This document shows, piece by piece, positions 9,033 to 16,991 of a stretch of 64,000 nt of DNA (its first letter is position 1; the number at the start of each line of letters is the position of its first letter). A model generated the notes under the pieces. It ran no database searches. It had not been told where the DNA came from and saw nothing but the letters and a program-made list of their open reading frames with translations. The position numbers and the translations under genes were made by a program. This DNA comes from a virus: IMG/VR virus record IMGVR_UViG_3300023084_000004, one strand, 5' to 3'.

Positions 9033-9188
9033 ATGAAATTACAAGAATATTTTGATTTTTTAGATGCACTTCGTGAGAGTGGTTCGATTAATATGTTTGG
9101 AGCTCCTAAGGTGCTTCAAGAAGAGTTTGGTTTGAGTAAAGGAGAATCTTTTGAGATTTTCACTGCTTGGACAGAAAAATTTAAATAA
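9033..9188 (+). CDS. 51-aa hypothetical protein (not in track)
   Basis: MKLQEYFDFLDALRESGSINMFGAP...; the LRESG.NMFGA motif is recalled from phage proteins. Confidence 0.7.
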   Translation: MKLQEYFDFLDALRESGSINMFGAPKVLQEEFGLSKGESFEIFTAWTEKFK

Positions 9189-9203
9189 AAGTGAAAAAAA
9201 CTG

Positions 9204-9232
9204 TTGACATTTGCTTTTAAATGATGTATAAT
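9204..9232 (+). promoter_or_regulatory. early sigma70 promoter
   Basis: TTGACA-N17-TATAAT, sharing the cassette core TTGACATTTGCTTT..ATGATGTA. Confidence 0.88.
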
Positions 9233-9267
9233 AGTCTAGTAAATTAAATTAATGGAGAAAATTTGTT

Positions 9268-10224
9268 ATGGCACATAATATTGAAATAATCGATGGTCAA
9301 GCTCAAATGGCTTACCGTCTAAGCGCTGGAGTACCTTGGCATGGTCTTGGAGTTCCAGTAGAAGATGATATGACTCCTGCGGAGATGATGAAAGCTGCTG
9401 GTCTTGATTGGACTGTTAAGCTTGTTGATTCTTTTGTAGAGTCTAATGGAGTGAAAGTTCCTACTGGAATGCAATCACTTATTCGTGAAACTGACAACAA
9501 AATTCTCACCAATGTTGGTGGAAATTGGAATCCTTGTCAAAACGCTGAAGCTTTCGATTTCTTTTCGGATTTCGTAAAAGCAGGTGATATGGTAATGGAT
9601 ACTGCTGGTTCACTTAAAGATGGTCAAATCGTTTTTGCTGCTGCTGATGTGAAAGATGGTTTCACACTTTTTGGTGGCGACGAAGTGAAAGGTTACCTTC
9701 TTTTTTCTAATCCTCACAAATACGGACACTCTATCGATGTCAAATTCGTAATGACTCGAGTTGTTTGTAATAATACTCTCTCAATGGCATTGACTGAGCG
9801 TGGTCAACCTGCTATTAGAGTATCACACAGGAATCAATTTGACGCTGAAAAGGTTAAAGAACTTCTTGGTATTTCACACACAAGGATTGAACAGTTTAAA
9901 GGTGCTGCTGAGTTCCTTGGTTCTAAGCAATATAAAGATCAAACTTTCCAAGATTTTCTTGGTCAAGTATTTGGTACTTCATCTCAAGAAGGTAAAACTC
10001 TTAGTAGGACTGCTGAAAGAGCACTTGAAATTGTTGAAACACAACCTGGTGCAAACTTCAAACCTGGTTCTTGGTGGAATGCTTACAATGCAGTTACTTA
10101 CATGACTGACCATGAGCTTGGTAGAACTGCTGATGCTCGAGCTACTTCAGCTTGGTATGGTGTTAACGCAAAAAGAAAGCTTAAAGCTCTCGACCTTGCG
10201 GTAGAAATGGCGGAGGCTGCGTAA
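9268..10224 (+). CDS. DUF932/DUF945-family phage protein
   Basis: PWHGLG, AGLDW.V, QN.EAF.F, TAGSL..G, RVVC.NTL, H, W.A.NAVT...DH. Confidence 0.85.
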   Translation: MAHNIEIIDGQAQMAYRLSAGVPWHGLGVPVEDDMTPAEMMKAAGLDWTVKLVDSFVESNGVKVPTGMQSLIRETDNKILTNVGGNWNPCQNAEAFDFFSDFVKAGDMVMDTAGSLKDGQIVFAAADVKDGFTLFGGDEVKGYLLFSNPHKYGHSIDVKFVMTRVVCNNTLSMALTERGQPAIRVSHRNQFDAEKVKELLGISHTRIEQFKGAAEFLGSKQYKDQTFQDFLGQVFGTSSQEGKTLSRTAERALEIVETQPGANFKPGSWWNAYNAVTYMTDHELGRTADARATSAWYGVNAKRKLKALDLAVEMAEAA

Positions 10225-10240
10225 GCAGCTTCCATTTTTT
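10212..10240 (+). terminator. intrinsic terminator
   Basis: GGAGGCTGC-GTAA-GCAGCTTCC followed by a T-tract. Confidence 0.85.
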
Positions 10241-10264
10241 TAATTATTAGGAAAAGGAAAAATT

Positions 10265-10594
10265 ATGGTAAAATTAGATAAAAAAGGAAAAATTAGAACT
10301 GACGCTTATGTTGGAACATTTGACACTGGTTGTGCTGGTGATATGTTAGAAGTAGAATCAATCAGAACTTTAGTCAAAGGTTTGAATCAAGAGCTTAAAA
10401 ATTCTGGTGCTGTTTGTAAGTACGGTAGAGATTTAAGGTTCAGAGTAGATGTAAAAGGTAGAAAGCCAATTCATAAACCAAGAAAAACTCCAGCTGGAAA
10501 CTATACTGGTTGGACTTGGGGTGGTGACGTCATTGGTGGTCTTTCAAACGCTGGTGCTGTTGATGTCTACATTCACAGAAGGTACACATGGTAA
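10265..10594 (+). CDS. hypothetical protein
   Basis: 109-aa ORF with AGGAAAAGGA RBS. Confidence 0.7.
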   Translation: MVKLDKKGKIRTDAYVGTFDTGCAGDMLEVESIRTLVKGLNQELKNSGAVCKYGRDLRFRVDVKGRKPIHKPRKTPAGNYTGWTWGGDVIGGLSNAGAVDVYIHRRYTW

Positions 10595-10646
10595 GTTGGT
10601 TGTTTGGCTGGTGTGATATCAGCTTTTTAAAAGATAAAGGAATTCT

Positions 10647-10766
10647 ATGAAAATTAAAGTAGAAATCGAGCTTGACACAATAAGAGATAAAGAAGAGCTC
10701 GATGAACTGATAAGACTCATCAATAGCATCAGAAATAAAGATGATGATGATGAATATTATGATTAG
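10647..10766 (+). CDS. 39-aa acidic microprotein (not in track)
   Basis: MKIKVEIELDT...DDDDEYYD, AAGGA RBS. Confidence 0.6.
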   Translation: MKIKVEIELDTIRDKEELDELIRLINSIRNKDDDDEYYD

Positions 10767-10832
10767 TTATAAGGATATAACGAAATTGTATAAAAAAAGT
10801 CACACTTTTTGTGAAAAAAGTGAAAAAAACTG

Positions 10833-10861
10833 TTGACATTTCATTTTAGATGATGTATAAT
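10833..10861 (+). promoter_or_regulatory. early sigma70 promoter
   Basis: TTGACA-N17-TATAAT with upstream A-tracts. Confidence 0.88.
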
Positions 10862-10904
10862 AGTTCTATAAATTGGTAATATAACGCAATACGGAGAAAA
10901 TACT

Positions 10905-11186
10905 ATGAACTTAACTCAAACTGAAATCAAAAAATTTACTGACATTGTAAACAAAATGGATAGTGAAGATTCTCAACTTCTGATTCAAATTTGGAAAAAT
11001 GCTCAAAACATGAAATCTGCCAATAAAGCTGCAGAGTTTAGGAAAGGAAATAACGTTCAATTCAAGAACAAATATGGTGAAAAGATTGTTGGTGTCGTAA
11101 CTAAAGTCAACAGAAAAACTATTGCTGTTTCGACTTCAGAAGGCAATTGGAAAGTATCACCTAATCTTCTTAGTTTAGCGAGTTAA
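10905..11186 (+). CDS. hypothetical protein, possible SH3/KOW-like C-terminus
   Basis: V.F..K.G..IVG.V.KVNRKT..V....W.VSP.LL; GGAG RBS. Confidence 0.6.
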   Translation: MNLTQTEIKKFTDIVNKMDSEDSQLLIQIWKNAQNMKSANKAAEFRKGNNVQFKNKYGEKIVGVVTKVNRKTIAVSTSEGNWKVSPNLLSLAS

Positions 11187-11189
11187 GTC

Positions 11190-11483
11190 GTGATCGAAAT
11201 TCTTCAGGAAATTACTGAGTGGGATAGTCCTGTGAAAAACGGGACTTACCACATAAATAGTGCAGGACATCTTGTCCAATTCAATGACACTATATTCAAA
11301 GCTCCTCTAAAAGGATTCAGCAAAGCAAGACGAAAATTTAAAAAAATTGGTGAAAGACCAGACATGTCAATGCCTACTATGAAAACTGTTGTAGGCTCAA
11401 CTGGAAAAATTTACGTTATCAATAATGGTGAATGCAGTTGTCCTGGCTTTCAATTTAGAGGAAAATGTAAACACATTCTATAA
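11190..11483 (+). CDS. SWIM zinc-finger protein
   Basis: C-terminal CSCPGFQFRGKCKH. Confidence 0.7.
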   Translation: MIEILQEITEWDSPVKNGTYHINSAGHLVQFNDTIFKAPLKGFSKARRKFKKIGERPDMSMPTMKTVVGSTGKIYVINNGECSCPGFQFRGKCKHIL

Positions 11484-11492
11484 GGAGAAACT

Positions 11493-11660
11493 ATGGAAAA
11501 TTTAATAGCTTATTTAATTCTTGGTTTTATGTTACTATTGACATATATTGGATTTCATATGGCTTGTGAAAAAGATGCAGGAAAATACATTCCTTTGCTT
11601 TGGGAAAAAGGCGGAGCTTTAAACAAGACATATCATAAACTATTTGATAAGTGGAGATAA
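11493..11660 (+). CDS. 55-aa membrane microprotein (not in track)
   Basis: MENLIAYLILGFMLLLTYIGF..., AAGGAG RBS. Confidence 0.65.
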   Translation: MENLIAYLILGFMLLLTYIGFHMACEKDAGKYIPLLWEKGGALNKTYHKLFDKWR

Positions 11661-11663
11661 CAC

Positions 11664-11846
11664 TTGATGAAATTTGAAATTTTATCCGATCGTAAAGTAC
11701 TAATGAAATGGGGAAAAATTGCATTAGTAATTCTTCCTGTACTTTTTTGGACTGCGTGGTACTACAGTATCAAATACATTTCAAAATTTAATGAGTTTGT
11801 TCAAAACTACGGTGATGAATGGCTTGAAGATTTTATGAGAGACTAA
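11664..11846 (+). CDS. small membrane protein
   Basis: Single hydrophobic segment IALVILPVLFWTAWYY. Confidence 0.55.
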   Translation: MMKFEILSDRKVLMKWGKIALVILPVLFWTAWYYSIKYISKFNEFVQNYGDEWLEDFMRD

Positions 11847-11922
11847 ATTGAACTTTTTTCACAAAAAGGGTTGACATTTGCTTTGAGATGATGTACAATA
11901 GCTACATAAATTAGGAAAAGGA
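11846..11922 (+). repeat. 77-bp promoter/RBS cassette, copy 2
   Basis: Identical to 8582-8658. Confidence 0.9.
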
Positions 11923-11928
11923 GAAAAT

Positions 11929-12057
11929 ATGTATAAAGTGATAATAGGTGATATTGTTTATCTGTATGATAATATCAAAGATGCACGTAAAGCCTTTCAT
12001 ATTGCAGTCAGTAAGAATGGTATCAATAACGTGAAGGCGACCTATCAGAGTAAATAA
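11929..12057 (+). CDS. 42-aa hypothetical protein (not in track)
   Basis: MYKVIIGDIV..., directly behind the cassette RBS. Confidence 0.65.
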   Translation: MYKVIIGDIVYLYDNIKDARKAFHIAVSKNGINNVKATYQSK

Positions 12058-12059
12058 AA

Positions 12060-13211
12060 ATGCGTATTGATAATGAAATCAAACTTGACTATAAAGATGT
12101 TTTGATTCGTCCAAAAAGATCAACACTTGGAAGCAGAAAAGAAGTAGATCTATATCGTGAGTTTAATTATAGGAATTCTGAGCATTATGAAATGAGTATG
12201 AATGCTTTACGACCTGAAATGCCAGATTATCGTGGTATTCCTATTATGGCTTCGAACATGGATGGAGTTGGTACATTTGAAATGGCAGATGTACTTTCGA
12301 AACATGGATTGTTTACCTGTCTTGTAAAAACTTATTCTAAAGAAGATCTAATTAAATTCTTTAATTCAGGAAAAATTCTTCGTACAGAACACTGTGCATA
12401 TAGCATGGGTATTTCAATTGAAGAGCTTACTAAGTTTATTGAAGTATATCAACATGACCGAGAAGCAATTAAGTATGTATGTGTAGATGTTGCCAATGGA
12501 TATAGTAATCGTTTTAGAGACTATATCGCAACACTAAGAGAAAAAGCACCACATATTGTGATTATTGCTGGTAATGTTGTAACTGGTGAAATGACAGAAG
12601 AACTTATACTGAGTGGAGCAGATATTGTTAAAGTTGGAATTGGACCTGGTAGTGTTTGCACTACTCGTATTCAAACTGGTGTGGGTTATCCTCAACTTTC
12701 AGCGGTCATTGAATGCGCTGATGCTGCACATGGTCTTGGTGGACATATTATTGCTGATGGTGGTTGTGTATCACCTGGTGATGTAGCAAAGGCATTTGCC
12801 GCAGGAGCAGATTTTGTAATGTTGGGTGGAATGCTCGCAGGACATGATGAAGGTGGTGGTAATGTAATTACTGAATCTATTATTTCAAACGTGCAGGCGC
12901 CCGCTACGTCCGCGGGGATTGGTAAACGTATTGAGAAACAATTTGTAGAGTTTTATGGTATGAGTTCTAAATCTGCTAATGATAAACACTTTGGTGGTCT
13001 TAAAGACTACAGATCCTCAGAAGGTCGTACAGTGGTGGTACCATATAAAGGACCAGTACTTAATACAGTACAGGACATTCTAGGTGGTTTACGTAGTGCG
13101 TGTACATATGCTGGTGCAGAAAAGCTTAAAAATTTAAGTAAATGTACAACCTTTGTTCGCTGCACTCAAACGCACAATCAAGTTTATGAAAGTTCAACAA
13201 TAGGAGTATAA
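12060..13211 (+). CDS. guaC: GMP reductase
   Basis: MRI..EIKLDYKDVLIRPKRSTL.SR, ASNMDGVG, DVANGYS, KVGIGPGSVCTTR, FYGMSS, YRSSEG. Confidence 0.95.
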   Translation: MRIDNEIKLDYKDVLIRPKRSTLGSRKEVDLYREFNYRNSEHYEMSMNALRPEMPDYRGIPIMASNMDGVGTFEMADVLSKHGLFTCLVKTYSKEDLIKFFNSGKILRTEHCAYSMGISIEELTKFIEVYQHDREAIKYVCVDVANGYSNRFRDYIATLREKAPHIVIIAGNVVTGEMTEELILSGADIVKVGIGPGSVCTTRIQTGVGYPQLSAVIECADAAHGLGGHIIADGGCVSPGDVAKAFAAGADFVMLGGMLAGHDEGGGNVITESIISNVQAPATSAGIGKRIEKQFVEFYGMSSKSANDKHFGGLKDYRSSEGRTVVVPYKGPVLNTVQDILGGLRSACTYAGAEKLKNLSKCTTFVRCTQTHNQVYESSTIGV

Positions 13212-13212
13212 T

Positions 13213-13422
13213 ATGGATAGAGCTACAGTAATGGAGTTGCAATTGTCTAGAGCATTAGGCAGAGAAATTCAATGGGTGATTGATTCAGGTGGAGTTATGC
13301 CAGTTCAAATTCGTAAAAAATATGACGAATTGAAAGCATTTTATGATACTCAAATCGCTAATGAAGAGTATAAACAAACAACTTTGTTTCCTGAATACGA
13401 ACAAACTGAATTGTTTTCGTAA
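13213..13422 (+). CDS. hypothetical protein
   Basis: 69-aa ORF with AGGAG RBS. Confidence 0.6.
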   Translation: MDRATVMELQLSRALGREIQWVIDSGGVMPVQIRKKYDELKAFYDTQIANEEYKQTTLFPEYEQTELFS

Positions 13423-13522
13423 TTGTAACAAAATATATGACTTTTTTATAACGTATTATAAAAATTTCGTATATATATTATCGTATAACTTTTGTTTTGT
13501 TATACTAACTGGGATGATCTAA

Positions 13523-13693
13523 TTGAAAAGAGAAACAGCACTAAAAATAATGAACCTCTCACCAGGAGTACACCCTATTGAGAAGTTAGTTGATATGCAC
13601 CCAATGCGTCAAGTCGTATATGCTTCAATCTTACAAGTAGTTGTATTAGGATTTATGTTAGGCACGATGGCATTAGTAAATCTTTTTGTTTGA
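13523..13693 (+). CDS. membrane microprotein (start TTG 13523 or ATG 13550; not in track)
   Basis: ..MNLSPGVHPIEKLVDMHPMRQVVYASILQVVVLGFMLGTMALVNLFV. Confidence 0.6.
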   Translation: MKRETALKIMNLSPGVHPIEKLVDMHPMRQVVYASILQVVVLGFMLGTMALVNLFV

Positions 13694-13715
13694 TTATTCT
13701 ATTATAAGGAACACA

Positions 13716-13970
13716 ATGAATAACAAATTTATGATAGCAATTGCTGCTTGCTTAATTGCAGCACCAGCATATGCTGACTGGAGAATGGAACGATTCGATT
13801 TGAATGGTGACAAACTAATCAGCATAGAAGAACTTAAAGCATCCGAGTGCACCGTTAAAAAAGGTCTTTGGAAGCATGCAGATAAAAACAAAGATGGATT
13901 TTTAAATGTGAAAGAAGCAAGAAATGCTTCTGAGTATATTTTTAGAGCCAACTGTCCTAAAAAGGTATAA
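13716..13970 (+). CDS. secreted two-EF-hand protein
   Basis: Signal peptide ..AAPAYA; loops DLNGDKLISIEE and DKNKDGFLNVKE; AAGGA RBS before ATG 13716. Confidence 0.75.
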   Translation: MNNKFMIAIAACLIAAPAYADWRMERFDLNGDKLISIEELKASECTVKKGLWKHADKNKDGFLNVKEARNASEYIFRANCPKKV

Positions 13971-14062
13971 TGAACGATATAGAAAGATTAAAAGAGAAAT
14001 TAGAAGTTGTACTTTTATGTGCAATATTTCTTGTTACATTATATGGAGTAAACCCAGTATAA
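13970..14062 (+). CDS. 30-aa membrane microprotein (not in track)
   Basis: MNDIERLKEKLEVVLLCAIFLVTLYGVNPV; TAATG coupling at both ends. Confidence 0.6.
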   Translation: MNDIERLKEKLEVVLLCAIFLVTLYGVNPV

Positions 14063-14121
14063 TGAATACATTTTTCAAATATTGGATTCTACCTTGGTGT
14101 GGACTAATTCGTAAAAACTAA
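14062..14121 (+). CDS. 19-aa microprotein
   Basis: MNTFFKYWILPWCGLIRKN; TAATG coupling at both ends. Confidence 0.5.
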   Translation: MNTFFKYWILPWCGLIRKN

Positions 14122-14249
14122 TGGAATATTTAATAATACCTCTGGCTTTGCTTGTAACCTATGGCTTTTTAAAATTTGCACCTATGCACGACATAAAGTA
14201 CGCGCTTTATGCAGAAAAAGTTCGTAAACTCAACAAACACAATCAATAA
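14121..14249 (+). CDS. 42-aa membrane microprotein (not in track)
   Basis: MEYLIIPLALLVTYGFLKFAPMHD...; TAATG coupling. Confidence 0.6.
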   Translation: MEYLIIPLALLVTYGFLKFAPMHDIKYALYAEKVRKLNKHNQ

Positions 14250-14260
14250 GGAACACTGTT

Positions 14261-14371
14261 ATGAGAGCAATCATCAAAGGATTGCGATTGAACGGCGAGA
14301 TTTGTGTTGAATGCTTGTTAGTAACCACTTTCTTAGGAATGATGGTCTACAGCGTTAGTACGATAGTCTAG
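14261..14371 (+). CDS. 36-aa membrane microprotein with CxxC (not in track)
   Basis: MRAIIKGLRLNGEICVECLLVTTFLGMMVYSVSTIV; AAGGA RBS. Confidence 0.6.
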   Translation: MRAIIKGLRLNGEICVECLLVTTFLGMMVYSVSTIV

Positions 14372-14396
14372 ACTTCAAAACTGCAATCCAAACAGC

Positions 14397-14418
14397 AAGG
14401 GACTCGAAAGGGTCCCTT
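14397..14418. terminator. terminator hairpin between convergent operons
   Basis: AAGGGAC-TC-GAAA-GG-GTCCCTT. Confidence 0.75.
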
Positions 14419-14968
14419 ATCTTTTATTACAATGTTTTTTTGCTTTTTCGAGTACTCTAAGATTACTGTGAACAACAACAGAAGTTAACATAAGTGTAGG
14501 CATCAAGATTTCATTTGTGATTGTTTGTCTTTTTTGAATCTCTGGTAATATAGATCCAAATATTGCTGTTTTAAGAAGTACCATTTCATGTATCTCTGGC
14601 ACTCTTGGTAATAAAGGATTCAATTCATATACACAATCGTAAGCGAGGGCTTTTTTGGTAGACCAGATATCTGCAGCTTGAACGAGAAAAAAGATCGTCC
14701 AGGTGGCTAAGCTGGCAGGTTCCTCCTCTGTTATTTTAAATTCAGGAAAAATTAATGTTGATTGAATGTGAGATGGATGTGGTAAATTAACAATTGAGCC
14801 ATTAGGCATTATTCTTGCTTGACCTATAATAACTCTTTGAACATATTCGTCATTGTATGGTGCAGTATAACCTGCTTCAAACATTACTCTTTGTATATCA
14901 GTGTACCCTGCATATACTGGAAAACTTAAAAAAAGTAATCCGATAAGTAATTTATTTAGTAGTCGCAA
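14417..14968 (-). CDS. exported/membrane hypothetical protein (DUF5658-like C-terminus)
   Basis: Signal peptide; AADIWST..A....YELNPLL. Confidence 0.5.
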   Translation of the reverse strand: MRLLNKLLIGLLFLSFPVYAGYTDIQRVMFEAGYTAPYNDEYVQRVIIGQARIMPNGSIVNLPHPSHIQSTLIFPEFKITEEEPASLATWTIFFLVQAADIWSTKKALAYDCVYELNPLLPRVPEIHEMVLLKTAIFGSILPEIQKRQTITNEILMPTLMLTSVVVHSNLRVLEKAKKHCNKR

Positions 14969-16991
14969 TGAAAATCCCGTCCCAATCTTTGGGTAGATCT
15001 TGCGTTTTCATATATTCACAACGCTCTATCCACATGGTATAATATCCAGCCATCTGACCTTCAAAACATTCCATTAAATCATTACATATTTTTATGGCTT
15101 TATCAAAGTTTTGTTTTCTATAATTCATATGCATAGCTTCATGCATCTCAGCCGGTTTAATATATTTATCCTTATTTAAATCTAAAACTGTGTATATCTC
15201 AATGCCTACTGATTTGCCCTTTACAGCAAGATCATCTACTTTCAAAAAGAAAAAGTCATTTCGACATCTTTCAACAGTTGCGCCACCTACTAAAAGCAAA
15301 CAACCATATTCTTTACATTTAGATTCTATTCGTGCTGCTGTTGATACTGCATCTCCAAGAACATCATAACTATGTCGCTCTGTAGAACCCATTTCACCAA
15401 GATATCCGAGACCAGTATTAATACCGGCACCCATACCAATTGGTGGTCTTCCTTCAGCAATAATCTTTTTATTAAATTCTTCTACAGATTTAAGCATGTT
15501 CAATCCAGTTTGAACAGCAGTTTTAGGGTGGTCAGGATCTTCTATAGGTGCGTTGTGGATGTGCATCGACGCATCGCCTATATATTTAATAATCATTCCA
15601 TCAGCGTTAAGGACAGGCTCAGTGATTGAATCCATATATCCATTCATTAATTTCGTTAATCCTTGTACGTCATCTCCAAAGCTTTCACCTAAAGGTGTAA
15701 ATCCTCTTAAATCAGAAAAACAAATACTAATTTCTTTTTTCATTCCCTCTTTAACGAGAGAAGGATTCTCTTGGAGTAAACGAACGACTGTAGGAGAAGC
15801 ATACCCAGCAAATTGTTTTGCTAGTTGACGTTTCTCTAAAAACGTGATAAAATACTTGTTAAAACTTGATTGAGCAAATACTACTAAGGAAGCAAATGAA
15901 CTCATTGTGGCGTCAACGAATAGCAGCGAATCAGTCCATAAATAATATGATATTAATGAAGAGGAAGCGAGCAGAAATAAACTCGTTGTCAATCCAAGAA
16001 TTGTGGGCAAAATATAGACCGCTCCAAGGATACCTAGACTCAGTAAGACCAGAAGAAGCAGCTCGACTATTGGCTGCCAGTCGGGAATCTGTATTTCAAC
16101 TCCTGAAAGGACGGTCTGAACCAGGTGTGCTTGAACTTCGTGAGGATACTTTGCACCCGTTGGGGTTGCGACTGGATTAGCATATCCTTCTGCTGTAATA
16201 CCAAATATTAATACCTTTCCATCTGGTAAAGGATCAAGTATACTTACTTGTTCAAATTCGTTCCAGAAAGCAATTGGTATTTCGGCAAAACTATTTGTTG
16301 TGATAGGATCTTGACGACCCATACGAATCCACTCAACTCCGAGTGGACCTACTTTCATTTGATAACTGGGTTCTCCTGTGAACACTCGTAATGTATCGAG
16401 TGCGAGAGATGGATAGGGATTCCCGGCTGCTCTGACCACGAGTGGTGCTCTACGCACAACTCCTGTTGGTTCATCAGGAACAGCAACGGTGGCACCAACA
16501 CCAAAAGCGTAATCAGCAAGAGGTTGAATAGGGTACAATAATCCTGGAAATTCATAAAGCCAATTTTCATTTTGTTCTCCAAAGGTAGCAACACCAACAA
16601 AGGTGCCAACTCCATCTGATGTTTGTTGAGTAGGAGCAGAAGATAATACAACAGCTTTTTGTGCCATTGCTTCTGCAAGTTGATTATCTCCTCCGAACCT
16701 ATCAGATTCGGAATAGATCATATTTAAGACATAAAGAGAATTAGGAGAATTGTTATTAAGGTACTTAGCAACAATATCCCGAGGCCACGGATATTGGCCT
16801 TCAGCTGCGATAGCTCTTTCGTCAATGTTGACGAGGACAATATCGGTTGATTGTATTTTTTCTTGTTCTGATTGAAGATAGTCATAATATGCATATTCTA
16901 TACTTTGAATAAAGTTTGGATTAGAAATTGATAAGGTTGCAAATCCAGCAATTGTTATTAATACTGTCCACCACTTTGTTAACCATTTCAT
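14952..16991 (-). CDS. CHASE2-domain class III adenylate/guanylate cyclase
   Basis: N-terminal TM, V.IDE..IA..GQYPWPR (CHASE2), 3 TMs, FSDLRGFT, IKYIGDA, GINTG...GEMGS, YDVLGDAVSTAARIE, L.VKGK. Confidence 0.93.
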   Translation of the reverse strand: MKWLTKWWTVLITIAGFATLSISNPNFIQSIEYAYYDYLQSEQEKIQSTDIVLVNIDERAIAAEGQYPWPRDIVAKYLNNNSPNSLYVLNMIYSESDRFGGDNQLAEAMAQKAVVLSSAPTQQTSDGVGTFVGVATFGEQNENWLYEFPGLLYPIQPLADYAFGVGATVAVPDEPTGVVRRAPLVVRAAGNPYPSLALDTLRVFTGEPSYQMKVGPLGVEWIRMGRQDPITTNSFAEIPIAFWNEFEQVSILDPLPDGKVLIFGITAEGYANPVATPTGAKYPHEVQAHLVQTVLSGVEIQIPDWQPIVELLLLVLLSLGILGAVYILPTILGLTTSLFLLASSSLISYYLWTDSLLFVDATMSSFASLVVFAQSSFNKYFITFLEKRQLAKQFAGYASPTVVRLLQENPSLVKEGMKKEISICFSDLRGFTPLGESFGDDVQGLTKLMNGYMDSITEPVLNADGMIIKYIGDASMHIHNAPIEDPDHPKTAVQTGLNMLKSVEEFNKKIIAEGRPPIGMGAGINTGLGYLGEMGSTERHSYDVLGDAVSTAARIESKCKEYGCLLLVGGATVERCRNDFFFLKVDDLAVKGKSVGIEIYTVLDLNKDKYIKPAEMHEAMHMNYRKQNFDKAIKICNDLMECFEGQMAGYYTMWIERCEYMKTQDLPKDWDGIFIATTK

